64,000 bases of DNA from the human T2T-CHM13v2.0 reference genome, Homo sapiens: NCBI RefSeq assembly GCF_009914755.1, contig NC_060940.1; one strand, given 5' to 3'. Within the stretch, counting starts at the first letter, position 1; each line of letters opens with the position of its first letter. Shown here in pieces: positions 27,501 through 40,168 of the stretch. A program made the translations under genes and the position numbers. The notes beneath the pieces were generated by a model. The model was not told the DNA's origin. It ran no database searches and saw nothing but the letters and a program-made list of their open reading frames with translations.

Positions 27501-29201
27501 ATTTAAATATTTTTATCAAAATCAGTATTCTCCTAGAAGATATAGTAACCCAGAGGTGTTTGGATTATTGTCTACTCTTTAAAAGATTATTTTAAATGAA
27601 AAACAAGGCCCTTCCTCCTAGTAGATCCGCATTTGTTTGATTTGATTTGAAGGGTTCTCTTTCATGGGTTCTTGCCAAGATTTTTCATCACATCGCTGTG
27701 GGGGCTTTGCCCTGAGCCACAGAGTTACTTGCCCATTTTCACTTAATGGTGCTCATAAAAATCGTTGAATCAGAGCAAATGGTCTGTGTTGTTCCTACTG
27801 CCCCAGTCCTTCCAGCTCTTGTTAGGGGCTCATTGATTGCTATTGGGAACATTCGCTAAGGGTCGGTGGCTTGCGTATTGAGCAGAAACTTCTCCAAGGA
27901 GTTTTGTTTCTCTTTGTTTTTGCATTTTATACAGTGTTGAGAAATGCTTCAGATATGATCTTGCCTTTGACATCAAATTCTCTCAACTTGTTTTAATATC
28001 TCTCACTATGTGGCTTTCGGAAGCTTTCAGACCCTGTATCTTTAAACGTCCTTTGTTCATCTTTGCAAGCATTGTCCTTGTAATATTGAAAGTAAGATAG
28101 GTCTGCTACTTTTGTAATAAAAATGAACACACGGACTTATTCATTAAGGGCAATATTTTAAGTACACAAAGGACATAAGTACCTCTCACTGAGCTCCTTT
28201 TCACATATCAGCTGGGAACTTGGTACTCATTTAAGTTGTGATTCATTGGCCATAGGGGTCTCTCACTTGCCAACATCAGAGACTCTTACAGCCAGAAAGA
28301 ACTGCAAAGGGTTAGAAATTTACATATTAGTACTCAGAAGAGAAGAGTAAATGCTTCTTCTTGACTTTGTATAACTGACCTATTTTGCTTTATTGAGCAA
28401 GCATCCTGCTTTATTATTGGGTATGGAAGTGATTTTTAACTTCTTAATTAAAAGTATTGTAGTTACTTTTGATTGTAAAATGTGCTTTTCAAGTAGTTCA
28501 CCTTTTTATAGGTAAATGCTAAAACGTTCAGTTTTCATCTTTCTAGCGCTCCTTCTGAAGGTAGTGTCTGGGTGTGCAAAGGCTGGAAAGCTTCAGTGGT
28601 TTTTACAAAGGTGTGTGGGGGCATGGTAGAAATTAACCTGGAGTACAAACAGATACAAACTGGCTTTGTGGTCCGGTATAGTTGGGCCAGGCCTTGGTAA
28701 TGCCTGTTGTCCTGCTGTAATTATTAATAGTGATCTTTTTACTCCAAGAATGGTGTGGTTTAGACAACACAGTGAATGGTCACTCTAAATAGATGAGGAT
28801 GCCAGAAGCTACTAATGGTGACTACAGTCCATGGCAGAGCAGTTACTTTGTGTTTGATCTTATGGTCTGAAATCTAGTACACATATTATTTCACTTAGCT
28901 TGTTTATTAATACAACCAATATCTGAGCACTTTTCATGTGCCAGACACTCTCATAGGTTCCAGGAGATTTGTCATTAAACAAAACAGCTAAATCTCTGCT
29001 GTTGGGAAGCCTACATATTATTAGTGTTATTGATTTATGGTCCACATTTTGAGAAACATTAAATGATTTAACTTATTTTATAGATGATAATTAAAGTCCT
29101 CCAAAGTACAATGACTTGCCCAAAGTCAGGTAAAGGGTTAATGGCAATCATAATTAGAATCCTAGTGATGCACAGTATTTTCTGGATGCCTTCATAGGAC
29201 T

Positions 29202-30135
29202 TGCAACAGGTGCACTGTTTACTCAGCCCGCCCTGCTTGACCCTTCCTGGGGGGTAGCGTGTGAGTGAATGAGTGCGGGAATCAGCCAGCCTCTTTGGTA
29301 CTGTCAGGAGCAAACTCTGCTCACTCAGGTCCGTTGCTCTCCACCCCTCGTGGAAGGGAGCGTGCAAGCGAGTGCAGGAACTGGCCCCTTTAGTGTCGTC
29401 AGAAGCGAGCTCCATGCAAGTCCCACAGCAGCCTCCAGGTGGGGACGCCTATGACCCCAAGGCCCCAGAGGGCATGTTACAATGCTTTCTTAGCTCCACC
29501 ATCCACAGACAGACAGCAGTGTGCTATCAACTCAGTGGACCCTTTGCCTCGTTGCCTGGTGTGGCTGCCCTTTGCCAGTGAGGGCAAAGGGACAGTGTGA
29601 CAGCCTTTTTAGGTACCTGCAGTTGACACATCCCAAATTCTTGTCTGGTGCCCCAAAGGAATGAAGTCACTCAGATGAACTGAATGATAGTGAACGTGGA
29701 GAATTTTACTGAGTGATGAAAGCAGTGGTCAGTGGAGAGGGGAGCTGGAAAGGGGACGTGAAGGGTAGTTCACTCTCCCCTGAAGTCAAGCTACCTCTGC
29801 CTCATCCAGCCCCCATCTCTGAAGTCAAGGTGCCTCTCTCCGATATCCAGCTGCTCCTTCCCTACATCCAGCTACTTATCCCCTGTGCCAGCTGAGTCTG
29901 GGGTCTCTATAGGCACAGGTTGGGGGCAGGGTGAGCCGCAGGTAGCTTTGGAAAAGGCAACATTTGATTGGTAAAAAACATTATCGAGAAAGAACCAATT
30001 GGTAGAGAGCAGGCACACAGGGATAGAAGTTCTTACTTTGGACCATGGATTTCAGGCTTCTTAGCTCAAAGGTGGGGTTTTGCCAGGGACCCATCCCAAT
30101 CTGCCTAGAGTTTCTCTGCCTCCTGCCTCTATCAT
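29202..30135 (-). mobile_element. ERV1 solo LTR of the LTR27/LTR28/MER52 group
   Basis: Minus strand begins tgatagaggcaggaggcagagaaactctaggcag..ccctggcaaaaccccacc; GC-rich island of about 930 bp with internal repeats. Confidence 0.75.
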
Positions 30136-30189
30136 TGAATCACCAGTTTCCCCCAAAGTAGCTTAATATTTCATAACAGGGATTCACAG

Positions 30190-30398
30190 ATTACATTCTA
30201 TGGGAAAAATCAGCGCACTGCCTGTTTTTATAAATAAAGTTCTGTTGGAACATAGCCAAGCCATTCATTTCTGTATTGTCTACAGCTGCTTTCACCCCAC
30301 AGAGGCAGAGTTGAGTAGTTGAAACAGACATCAAATGGCATGCAAAGCCTAAAATATTTATGGTGAAGTCCTTTGCAGAAAATGTTTGCCAACCCCTG
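30190..30398. mobile_element. MER58A
   Basis: ctgcctgtttttataaataaagtt..ggcagagttgagtagttg..aaagcctaaaatattta..tttgccaacccctg. Confidence 0.82.
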
Positions 30399-30479
30399 TT
30401 CTGAAATATAGGTATCTCTGCTCCTGACAATCTTATTTAAGCATGTAAAACCTGACAACATAGGCTTTTAGGCATAGAC

Positions 30480-30645
30480 ATTTACCACCTGTGTGGCCTT
30501 GAGCAAGTCAATTAACCTCTCTGAGATTTAATTCCCTCATCCATAAAATGGAGATGATCATTAGTGCATTGTTAGTAATGAGGATTAAATTAACTAATGT
30601 ATGTAAAACACAGCTGGTAAAAGGAGAGAAGGTAGTTATTAACAT
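30480..30645 (+). mobile_element. MIR
   Basis: tgtgtggccttgagcaagtcaattaacctctctgag..ccctcatccataaaatggaga. Confidence 0.75.
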
Positions 30646-31844
30646 TTCTAGTTGGATAGTTGCTCCATGAGCTGTCATCTGTAGAGGGTGAAGGTATGGG
30701 GTAAAAATTTTTCCTTTGTTTTTTGTGCCTTCAAAACCAACAGCTTCCTGGGAGTTTTTGCACATTATTTAATGTGAGGATTACATACAGCACTCAGGAG
30801 TGAGCAATACATCTGGGCTTTAGCAGCCTCTCAGCTCAGCAAGAGACACTTTTACTTATAAACTTGTAGATCACTACTATGAGGCATCCAAGCCGTGAGA
30901 TTGACTTAATGAGAAAAGAGGAATGAGGAGCAATTACATTTCCATTAAGTGGACAACAATGCCCTTGATAAGGCTGCTGGAACCAAAGCGTCCTCTTTCC
31001 TCTCAGGTATGATCTTAGAAACACAGCCCTGATTGATTTATTAAACATGAGTTTATTTTTGCTTCTGAAATCAGCTATCTTCCAAGGTTACTCCATGATC
31101 ACAAAGGACTAAATTCCAATTTATAGTGGAATTGTTAAGCTGTGAAAGTATCATGGGAGATTGGTTCTCAGCACCCATGAAATATGAACAGATCCTAAAA
31201 AGTGTTTGGAAATTCTCAGTGAGAACCTTTTGCCATTTGTAAGCTGGAATTGAAAGAATCAAGGCCATAGATTGCTACAATTTTACCCAACTTCATGTTA
31301 ATAATTTATAATCAAATTAGTTAATACCTGTCCAACACTTACTATGTACCAATGTTTGTGCTAAGGGCTTTATAAACATTACCCTAATCAAAACTTATGG
31401 CCAAATTATAATGTAGATAGTACATTACATGTATTTTATAGATCATGACATAGAGTCTCAAAGATTATCTACTTTGTGGTGGATTGCACAGCTACTGAAC
31501 TACAGAGGTAGAACTGAGGTACACACCGGGTTTTCCGAAGTACAGAGAACATCCTCTGTCAGTAATTGTACCTTGTTTTCCAGGTTTGTGCTTATGCCTT
31601 TTTAGGGCTCCTCTGTGAAAACTTCCCTGACAATATTCAGACTTTACTTCATGGCTGGTATATTTCTACTTCCATCCAAAAATGACCAACAAAAATAAAA
31701 TTTCTCTATCAAGATTCTCTTTGGTTTCCTCTTTTCCTTCTTTCTACTCATTGTCTCTTGTGCAAATATAGTATATTTTTGGTACAAAACAGTTATTGGC
31801 ATAAATTTTCTGTTATTACTCAGTCTCTTACTACGATATGAATA

Positions 31845-32070
31845 ACAGTCAATATTTAGTGTACATTATTCATGTTTTAGGCATGTGGCACAAAGTTATA
31901 CATGCAATATCTCATTTAATCTCCACAATAACTCTGAATTAGATATTATCATCTCCATTTCAATGCAAAGAAATGAACTCAGAGACATTAAATAATTTGA
32001 TCAAATCCACACCACTCCTAAAAATGAAGCTAGTATTCGTACCAAAATCCATTAATTTCAAAGTCTATAT
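31845..32070 (-). mobile_element. MIR
   Basis: atctcatttaatctccacaataactct..attatcatctccattt..gaactcagagacattaaataattt. Confidence 0.65.
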
Positions 32071-32737
32071 TATTTTAGCACATTTTCATAATTTACCTTG
32101 AGAGTCTATTTTCTGTGAGTTAAGGATATTCAGTCTTATTCTAATGTGTTCTGAAAAATACTGCTAATCACTTATTTCTAAGAGAATGGCTCATTCTATG
32201 TGGTTTTGAGTTTTTTTTGTCTGCCTTCATTCTTAGGCTGCTGCAATCTTTGGCTAATCTTCTTCCCTATCTCTATGCATCACTCTGCCCAGGTATGGTG
32301 TACTGGAGCCTTTTTATTTAGCTTCTCTTTGGTGCTGGAAATACTAACTTCCAAAGTAAGTCTACATTTAAAATGCCTCCTTTAGCATCAAATAAATACT
32401 TCCTGTGAATCACTACTTGCTGTCTGTCCTAGTTACTATAATGCAAGATATTTTTGTTGTTGTTTTAAGTTTCCTTGTGTTGAGTGATGGATTCATTTCT
32501 TAAGCAAATTCTCACCAGAGTAGAGAAGCTTTGAAAAACACTTAAACTTAGTTGCCTGCTGGTGGCAAGCCAAAGATTGTTCTAAAGTGAAGAAAAATAA
32601 GAAACAGAGGAAGCTCAGAAATAGCAGAGCTGGTGTAACATCCTTGATAGAAATTGAAATCAAGGGGATCTGGGTTTGGATCTCAATTCTCCTATTTAGG
32701 GAACATATGGTCTTGGGGAATTATTTAACATTACTAA

Positions 32738-33063
<326 letters not shown>

Positions 33064-36000
33064 CTCATCTGCATATTTCATGGAGTTGTCTGTTCAGTCT
33101 GTACTTGCTGAGTGCCTACTATGCGTTGATGTTCTTGTGAAGACTGAATGGGATGGCTGGCATAATGAATCACCTAAGCCAACACAAACCTTAATTGCCA
33201 ACCGCCAATCTTCCTAGGGATGGGAAATTTCATTCAACTTTCTATTATTAGTTATAATTGTTTTAAAGGAACCTCTCTGAGTAAGAATTCTTAGCCCTAT
33301 TAGAAGTAAGGTAGGTTGGGGACAAAAGGAAGTTCTCTGAGAATATGATCACAATACCCGGTCTGATAAAACCTTAATTTGTGAATTGTAAAAGTTAAAT
33401 GTCACAACACATAATATATTCATCACAGCTGGTTAAAAATGTAACAGGTTGCCTTAATTATCGGTTAGAATGCAAACCATCAGAAACTGCTAGAAAAACA
33501 GGAAGTATATGGTCACAAAATGAAGAGCACAATCAATTGAGAGCTTGTGAAAAGTTCTTTCAGAGAAACAGGCTGCTAATAGAGATGTGGAAAATATATT
33601 TTAAACTCTCACTGTGATTTTCATGCAAAATGATGCCATGATACTAGCATTGCCTTAGGGAGACTGATCTCTGCTCATATAACCCTCCTAAGGCAATCTT
33701 TAGGGAAGATGATTTCCTAAACTTAACAACTGACTGCTGTGTTCAACGCACTTCCAGGCAAGTCACTTTTCAGAAAACACTGTTTTGAATGGTCTTGATT
33801 TCAAGTACTCCTTGATTTTCTCTTTATTGACTCCATGTAATTCTAACTACCAAGAACAAGAGGGGCTCTTAGACAGCATTGAGTTCAAAGCTTTTACTTG
33901 GCACACAGAAAACAGAGGCTCAAGTATGTTGAGACACACAGCTTGTCCAGGAGGAAGGTCTAGAAAAGTTGAAAATATGTATGCAAAATAGTAGCTACTG
34001 TTACATGAACAGCTATCATGTTGCAGGCACAGGGCTAGGAGGTCAATTCATTATCCCATTTAGTTAACGCAATTAGACTATGAGTAGATATTGGCATTTT
34101 TATTTAAGAGAGGGGAGAAGTAAAGCTTGGAAAATTGAAGTGACTTTCCCAAGTAACAATTGATTTACCTGTAATCTAAACACAGATGTTTGATCTCCTG
34201 ACCCATCTTGTTTCATTTCTATAAATTACCTCCCTATTGATGTTTACTTTTAAAAAATCTCAGGTCATACGTAAGACAGTCTTGAAAAAGTTTGATATCA
34301 AAAACCACTAAGAGCAAACATTTTGATGTCTTTTTTCCTCCTTATTACCTAGGTATTTTGCTGTAGACTTGTAGTTTAGAGATAACAATTGTCAAAAGAA
34401 AAGTCAGAGTGTTTTACTTGACATGAATATTTTATTGAGAACACACTATTCCAGAACAGAGACTCCAAAATAGAAAATGGCAAGAAGCTCATCTCCTAAA
34501 GGTTATAGTTAAGGTTTAAAAAACGGAAAAAAAGAAGTTCATACATCTTGATTCTCATTGGTTATTTTACAGTATCTTTCCTTTTAGGATGATCAGAGCA
34601 GGTTACGTAGGTAATAGATGATTGTCTGCATGTGCTGAGTCATGCTTACAAGGAAATAAAGCTCAAGCTTCATTTCTGACATTTCCAGAATCGGTCTTTA
34701 TAAGTTTTCTTGAGCTGGTGTGGGCCATTGGCTCAGAAGCAAAGGTTTTCCCTCCATTTTTATTTTTATTTAACATAACTTTGTAACCCAAGAAAAACAC
34801 TCTTAAGGATTTTGTTTGTTTGTCTCATGCAGAAAAAAAAAACACTTGAGTGTGTTAAGAATGCTTAACCCTTTAGCAACCTGATGGATGATTTCTGGAA
34901 ATACAATTTACTACACCTTAATAAGTTACTGAAAGTTTCATTCGATTGCTCAGAACACTAAGAAAAAAAAAAGTTGTTCTGTTCCATATTTATTCAGCCG
35001 TGATTAATCTACTGTTGAATAATAATTTTTAATTTCCATTTCTTGAATATATTTATTAATTTACCTCCTGCCAATATATGGCTCTGGTTGCCACTATTTA
35101 GAACTTATTCCTGTTCTTCCTAAGTATCATTTGCATAATGGAATGACAAGGTCCATTCACTGGCAGTTGGTTGTGGGGTGTTGGACAGAGTGACTGGGTT
35201 GTAATTAGTGGCATCTGGCCTCTGGTTTCATTAGCATGCAAATGGAGCTACTAGAGACCACAAGAGCCTGGCAATTTCACAACAGTCCCTACAATGTATA
35301 TCTGCTTTTATAAGCATATCAGTGGGATGGCTTTTTATAAAAGAATAAAGTCTGTACATCTGAATGAATTTGACTGCCAATCTTTGCATCCTAGAATCTT
35401 AAGGAATTTTCTGTCAAAGAAGAAAACAGGTCTGCAATATATCAACCTCAATCATTTCTTTCCATATTTTAGGCTATTAAAAATGTAATCCAAGCTCTTA
35501 TTTCTGCCTGGCCTGTCTCCATTCCCCCCGTCAAATCCTTACTCCTCTCCTCGTCTTCTTTATTTTCCTTAAATAAATGATTTTTTTCAGCTCTATAAAA
35601 TACGATTTTGCTTGTTTGTTTGTTTCTCATGGCATTACCTTAGGCAGGAAATAACAAGGCTCTCGATTTCTTGTTTCACTGTATCCAGACTCTTTGCTAT
35701 GGTCTTCATGCTTCTGTTACAGTCACTGATGATGACAAGTAGTGATTGCAGCCAAATCTTATTGGATGGTTGGTATGTATCAAGGATTGTTTTACCCTCA
35801 TTTAATCTTCTCAGTAATTCAATGATTTGGAACGCTTAAAGCTTTATTTAAGAGGAAAAAAAAAACAGAAGAGAAAGAAAAATGAAGCTCAGAACAGTAC
35901 TGTACCTTTTTGGAAGCCACCCAGTTCACATAACAGCCAGGATGTGAGTTCAAACCTCTCTGACTGTAGAACTCCATTTATTCTCATAGAGACTTTTCTG

Positions 36001-39000
36001 TCTCCCACAACAGATACATATTTGGTCTAAAAAGCAATTCTATGCTCTGAAGCTTCTTTTAAACAAGAGAATTTTATTCTTACAGAAATGTTCTGAGCCT
36101 CATGATTTGTAAAATTTGTCACAGTGACAACTTTAGATGTTTTACTTATTTGGATTTTAAACTAGATGTGTATGTGGTTTTTGCACCTTAGTGTGATTTT
36201 GCTCCTTATCATCTCATGGATTGACAACAATCTTTTTCAAAGGGTGAAATCCAGAATCTCAGTTTTGTGGGATATTTATTGGTGTCATATGACAATGGTG
36301 TTTCTTGATCCATTAATTGTGAGAAAACTTGGGTTAAACTTCATCAGAATGTTTTCTCTACAACAGAATTTCTAAAATCCTTTTCACATGTTAATGTGAA
36401 TATGCCTTACTTCAAGGGAGGCTGAGAAAGTATCCCTTATTTGCCTTTATTGTGTGAAGTTCTATTTGCCATCAAGGAAGAAGTTATGGAGGTTTCTGGT
36501 TAAAGACTACTGGATGAGGATTACTCTGTTTCTAGTAAATCTACATGACCTTGGACAATAAATTAAAATGTAGCCCTATATTTTTCGAAGGTCCCCAGGA
36601 TCTCTTCTTGAATCTTAAATATTATTTATGCTTTGATCCTTAGCAAGTAACTGAAATATAGGAGAGTGAAACATGTCTCAAATTGTCAATGTAAAAATGC
36701 AAGGAGATAATTAATGCAAAGTAGATAGTCTATTGCCTAGTGTAGAGCAAATACTTTCTAAAGAGTGGCTAATTTAAATATGAATCAACTTTTAGAACTT
36801 AATATTGTGTTCTTTTCCTTATGTACTACAACTAATTTTGAAAAGCCACAATTTGACTGACAGGAAAAAAACCCACTACTATCATCCTTAATAAGCATCA
36901 GTAATCAGCAGTGAATTAATAGCAGTGGCCTCTCTCTGTTGCTATCAATTACACACATTATTAATGGATTGACAAAAATCTGCCAAGGCATAGATTGTTA
37001 ACAGGAATTGACACCTCGGTTATTGCCAGTGTCAGAAATTAATCTTGGAGAGTGCAACCATGCTGCATTAAAATGCATGTTGCAGTGGTTCACGATGTGG
37101 AATAGAAGACCTTTGCTGTAAAGTGATTTAGGATGCAGGCTTGAGGGAACAATGCAGGCACGTGTATCTGAGAGAGGAGACATGGGAAGTGCCCACACAA
37201 TAGTTCAGACACATACCAAGATCTATTCTATGAAGGTTCTGGGTTGTTAATCTGAACCCCTGTGCAGTTGTTAAATAAAACCTATAACAACTTGGATATT
37301 GTAGCAATTCAAAAATAATTTACTTTTAAATTATTAAATCTTAGAAAAAAAGAAAACCAAACATTTATTTACTTATTCTCAGAGTAATGTTATAGGGAAA
37401 TTGAAGATGAGGAAGTTGATATTTGATATTTAAATTGCCCAAGTTAAGTTGCATTTGGTAAATGAAAGAGCTAAGAGTTTAACACACTTTCAGAAGCACA
37501 GGTATTTTTTCAGGATATTGCATTGTCTCCCTAGAGCTTTTAAGGTTTGAGAGAAATAGGTGGTGAAGGTGGCTAGGCAGAGGGGATAGTAAAGGGACTT
37601 CTGAAATAGTGCATGGGAAATAGCTTAACTGCAGCTTTTCTTACTTGCTCCCTGGGTGCTTAGTACAAGGCTGGCTTCACCATATACAGTGAGATGCCAA
37701 CTCCATTTCCTTCCTTGGGAGGTCAATGATATTGGCTCTACGCTTACATTATGTTTCTAGTCTGCTATTCTGGCCTGCTAAATGTGTTGTGATTACAAGC
37801 AGCATTAATGAGGAGTTTGCCTGTGGTGACTCTTCTTACCAGCTGTGGCTGGGTTCTTGCTCTATTCTGAATCTCAACACTATCAACAGGATCCTACTGG
37901 TACTGGATCTTGTCCTGAGTTTCACACCAGGTTGGGTTCATAGATGTAACATGGTGAGAACACATCTTTCATCTGTGAAGAGTTGGGAATATCTCCAAGA
38001 TTATAACTACTCATAGCCTTCCTAAACACCTTAGTAAAGAATGTTTTAATCACCAGTAAGTGATACAATAACAGAAAGAAGCAGTGTTTGTGGGATATTT
38101 ATCTTACTTTGAAAAGATGAAAAGAAACCCCAAATAATTATACTATACATATATTTGCAAGGCCTTGGGAACACACTGCCCTCTCATCTTGTTTTGCTAC
38201 TTTTATAAACTGAATTCCCAAGTTTTGCTACTTTTATACAATAAATTACCAAATTTCTCAGATACCATCTTAGATTCTCATCTCTGGCCTAACTTCAGCA
38301 TCTCCTTGAATATAATTATCGGGTTTCTGCATATCCTTTGCTTGTAATTTGTCCATTGTTTTTTTCAACAAAATGTGTAGAATATTGGTTTTTGGTGGGT
38401 TGTTTATTTTCTACCATCATGAGTATAAAAATCTTATGTGGGACACTAATATGTTGTACTGTGTCCGAAACTGTGGCTATATATGCATTTCCTCTTTGAT
38501 TCTTTATTCTTTCATTGAGGTAAAATATACATATACAATTTACCATCTTTATAATCTTTAGGTGTACAGTTCAGTAGTAAAAAACACATTTATATATTTT
38601 TCCCGCTTCACCCTCCTGCTCTTGTTATATTTCCCAGTCACCGATCCACTCTCCATCTTCGTGAAATTCAACTTTTTAGCTCCCATATATGAGTGAGAAC
38701 ATGCGACATTTGTCTCTCTGTGGTTGGCTTATTTCTCATAACATAATGGCCTCCAGTTACATGCATGTTGATGTCAATGACAGGATTTTGTCCTTTTTTC
38801 TGGCTTAATACTATTCAATTTTGTATATAAATACATATAGAATTTTCTTTATTCATTCATCTGTTGAGGGGCACTTTGGTTGATTCCATATCTTGGCTAA
38901 TGTGAATAGTGCTGTAATCAACATGGGAGTGCAGATGTCTCTTTAACACATTGATTTGTTTTTGAATATATACTCAGTTATGGAATTTCTGTATCTTATG

Positions 39001-40075
39001 GTAGTTCTGTATTTAGTTTTTTGGGAAAACTCCATACTGTTCTCCATCATGGCTGCACTAATTGACATTCCCACCCACTGTGTCTGAGGGTTCTTTTTCT
39101 CCACATCTTTGCCAGCATCCATTATTTGCCTTTTTGATACAAGCCATTTAAACTGGGGTGAGATGATATCTCACTGTGCTTTGGATTTTCATTTCCCTGA
39201 TGATTAGTGATGTTGAACATTTATTTACATACCTGTTGGCCATTTGTATGTCTTTTTTTTTCTTTTGAGAAATGTCTGTTCAGATCTTTTGCCCATTTTT
39301 AGTTGGAGCTTTGTTCTATTTGCAATTGAGTTGTTTGAGCTTCTTATGTATGCTGATAACTATTTTTGTCAGGTGAATATATTGCATGTGTTTTCTCCCT
39401 TCTGTGTGTTGTCTCTTCACTTTGTTGATTGCTTTCTTTGCTTTGCAGAAGCATTTTAGCTTGATGTAATGCCATTTGTGTATTTTTCCTTTGGTTGACT
39501 GTGCTTTTGAGCTGTTACGTAAAAATATTTGCCCAGACCACTGCCTTAGAGATTATCTCCAAACTTTTATTCTAGTAGTTTCATAGTTTCAGGTTTCAGA
39601 TTTAAGTCTTTAATCCATTTTGATTTGATTTTTTGTGTATGATGAGAGATAGGGATCTACTTTCATTCTTCACATAGTTATTTAGTTTTCCCGCAACCAT
39701 TTATTAAAGAGACTTTTTGTCCTCCATTGTATATTCTTGTATACTTTGTCAAAGATGGATTGGCTGTAAATGTATGGATTTATATCTAGGTTCTCCATTC
39801 TGTTCCATTGGTCTATGTGTCTGTTTTTATGCCAGTACCATGCTGTTTTAGTTACTATAGCTTTGTAGTAAATGTTGAAGTGAGGTAGTGTGATGCCTCC
39901 AGCTTTGTTCTTTTTGCTCAGGATTGCTTTGGGTATTTGGGATCTTTTGTGGTTCCATATACATTTTAGGATTTCTTTTCTATTTCTGTGAAGAATTTAG
40001 TTGGAATTTTAAAGGCATTGCATTAATTTGTAAATTACTTTAGATGGTATTGTCATTTTCACAATTTTTAAAAAG

Positions 40076-40168
40076 CTTTTAAGTTAAGGGGTACATATGC
40101 AGGTTTGTTATATAGATAAACGTGTGTCATGGGGGTTTGTTGTGCAGATTATTTTATTATTCAGGTAT
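40076..40168 (-). mobile_element. Tiny L1PA 3' fragment nested in the L1MA
   Basis: ggggtacatatgcaggtttgttatatagataaacgtgtgtcatgggggtttgttgtgcagattatt. Confidence 0.75.

Noticed and set aside
34364-34775. Possible old LTR
   Set aside because: LTR-like feel, but I could not match a family or define ends with confidence.
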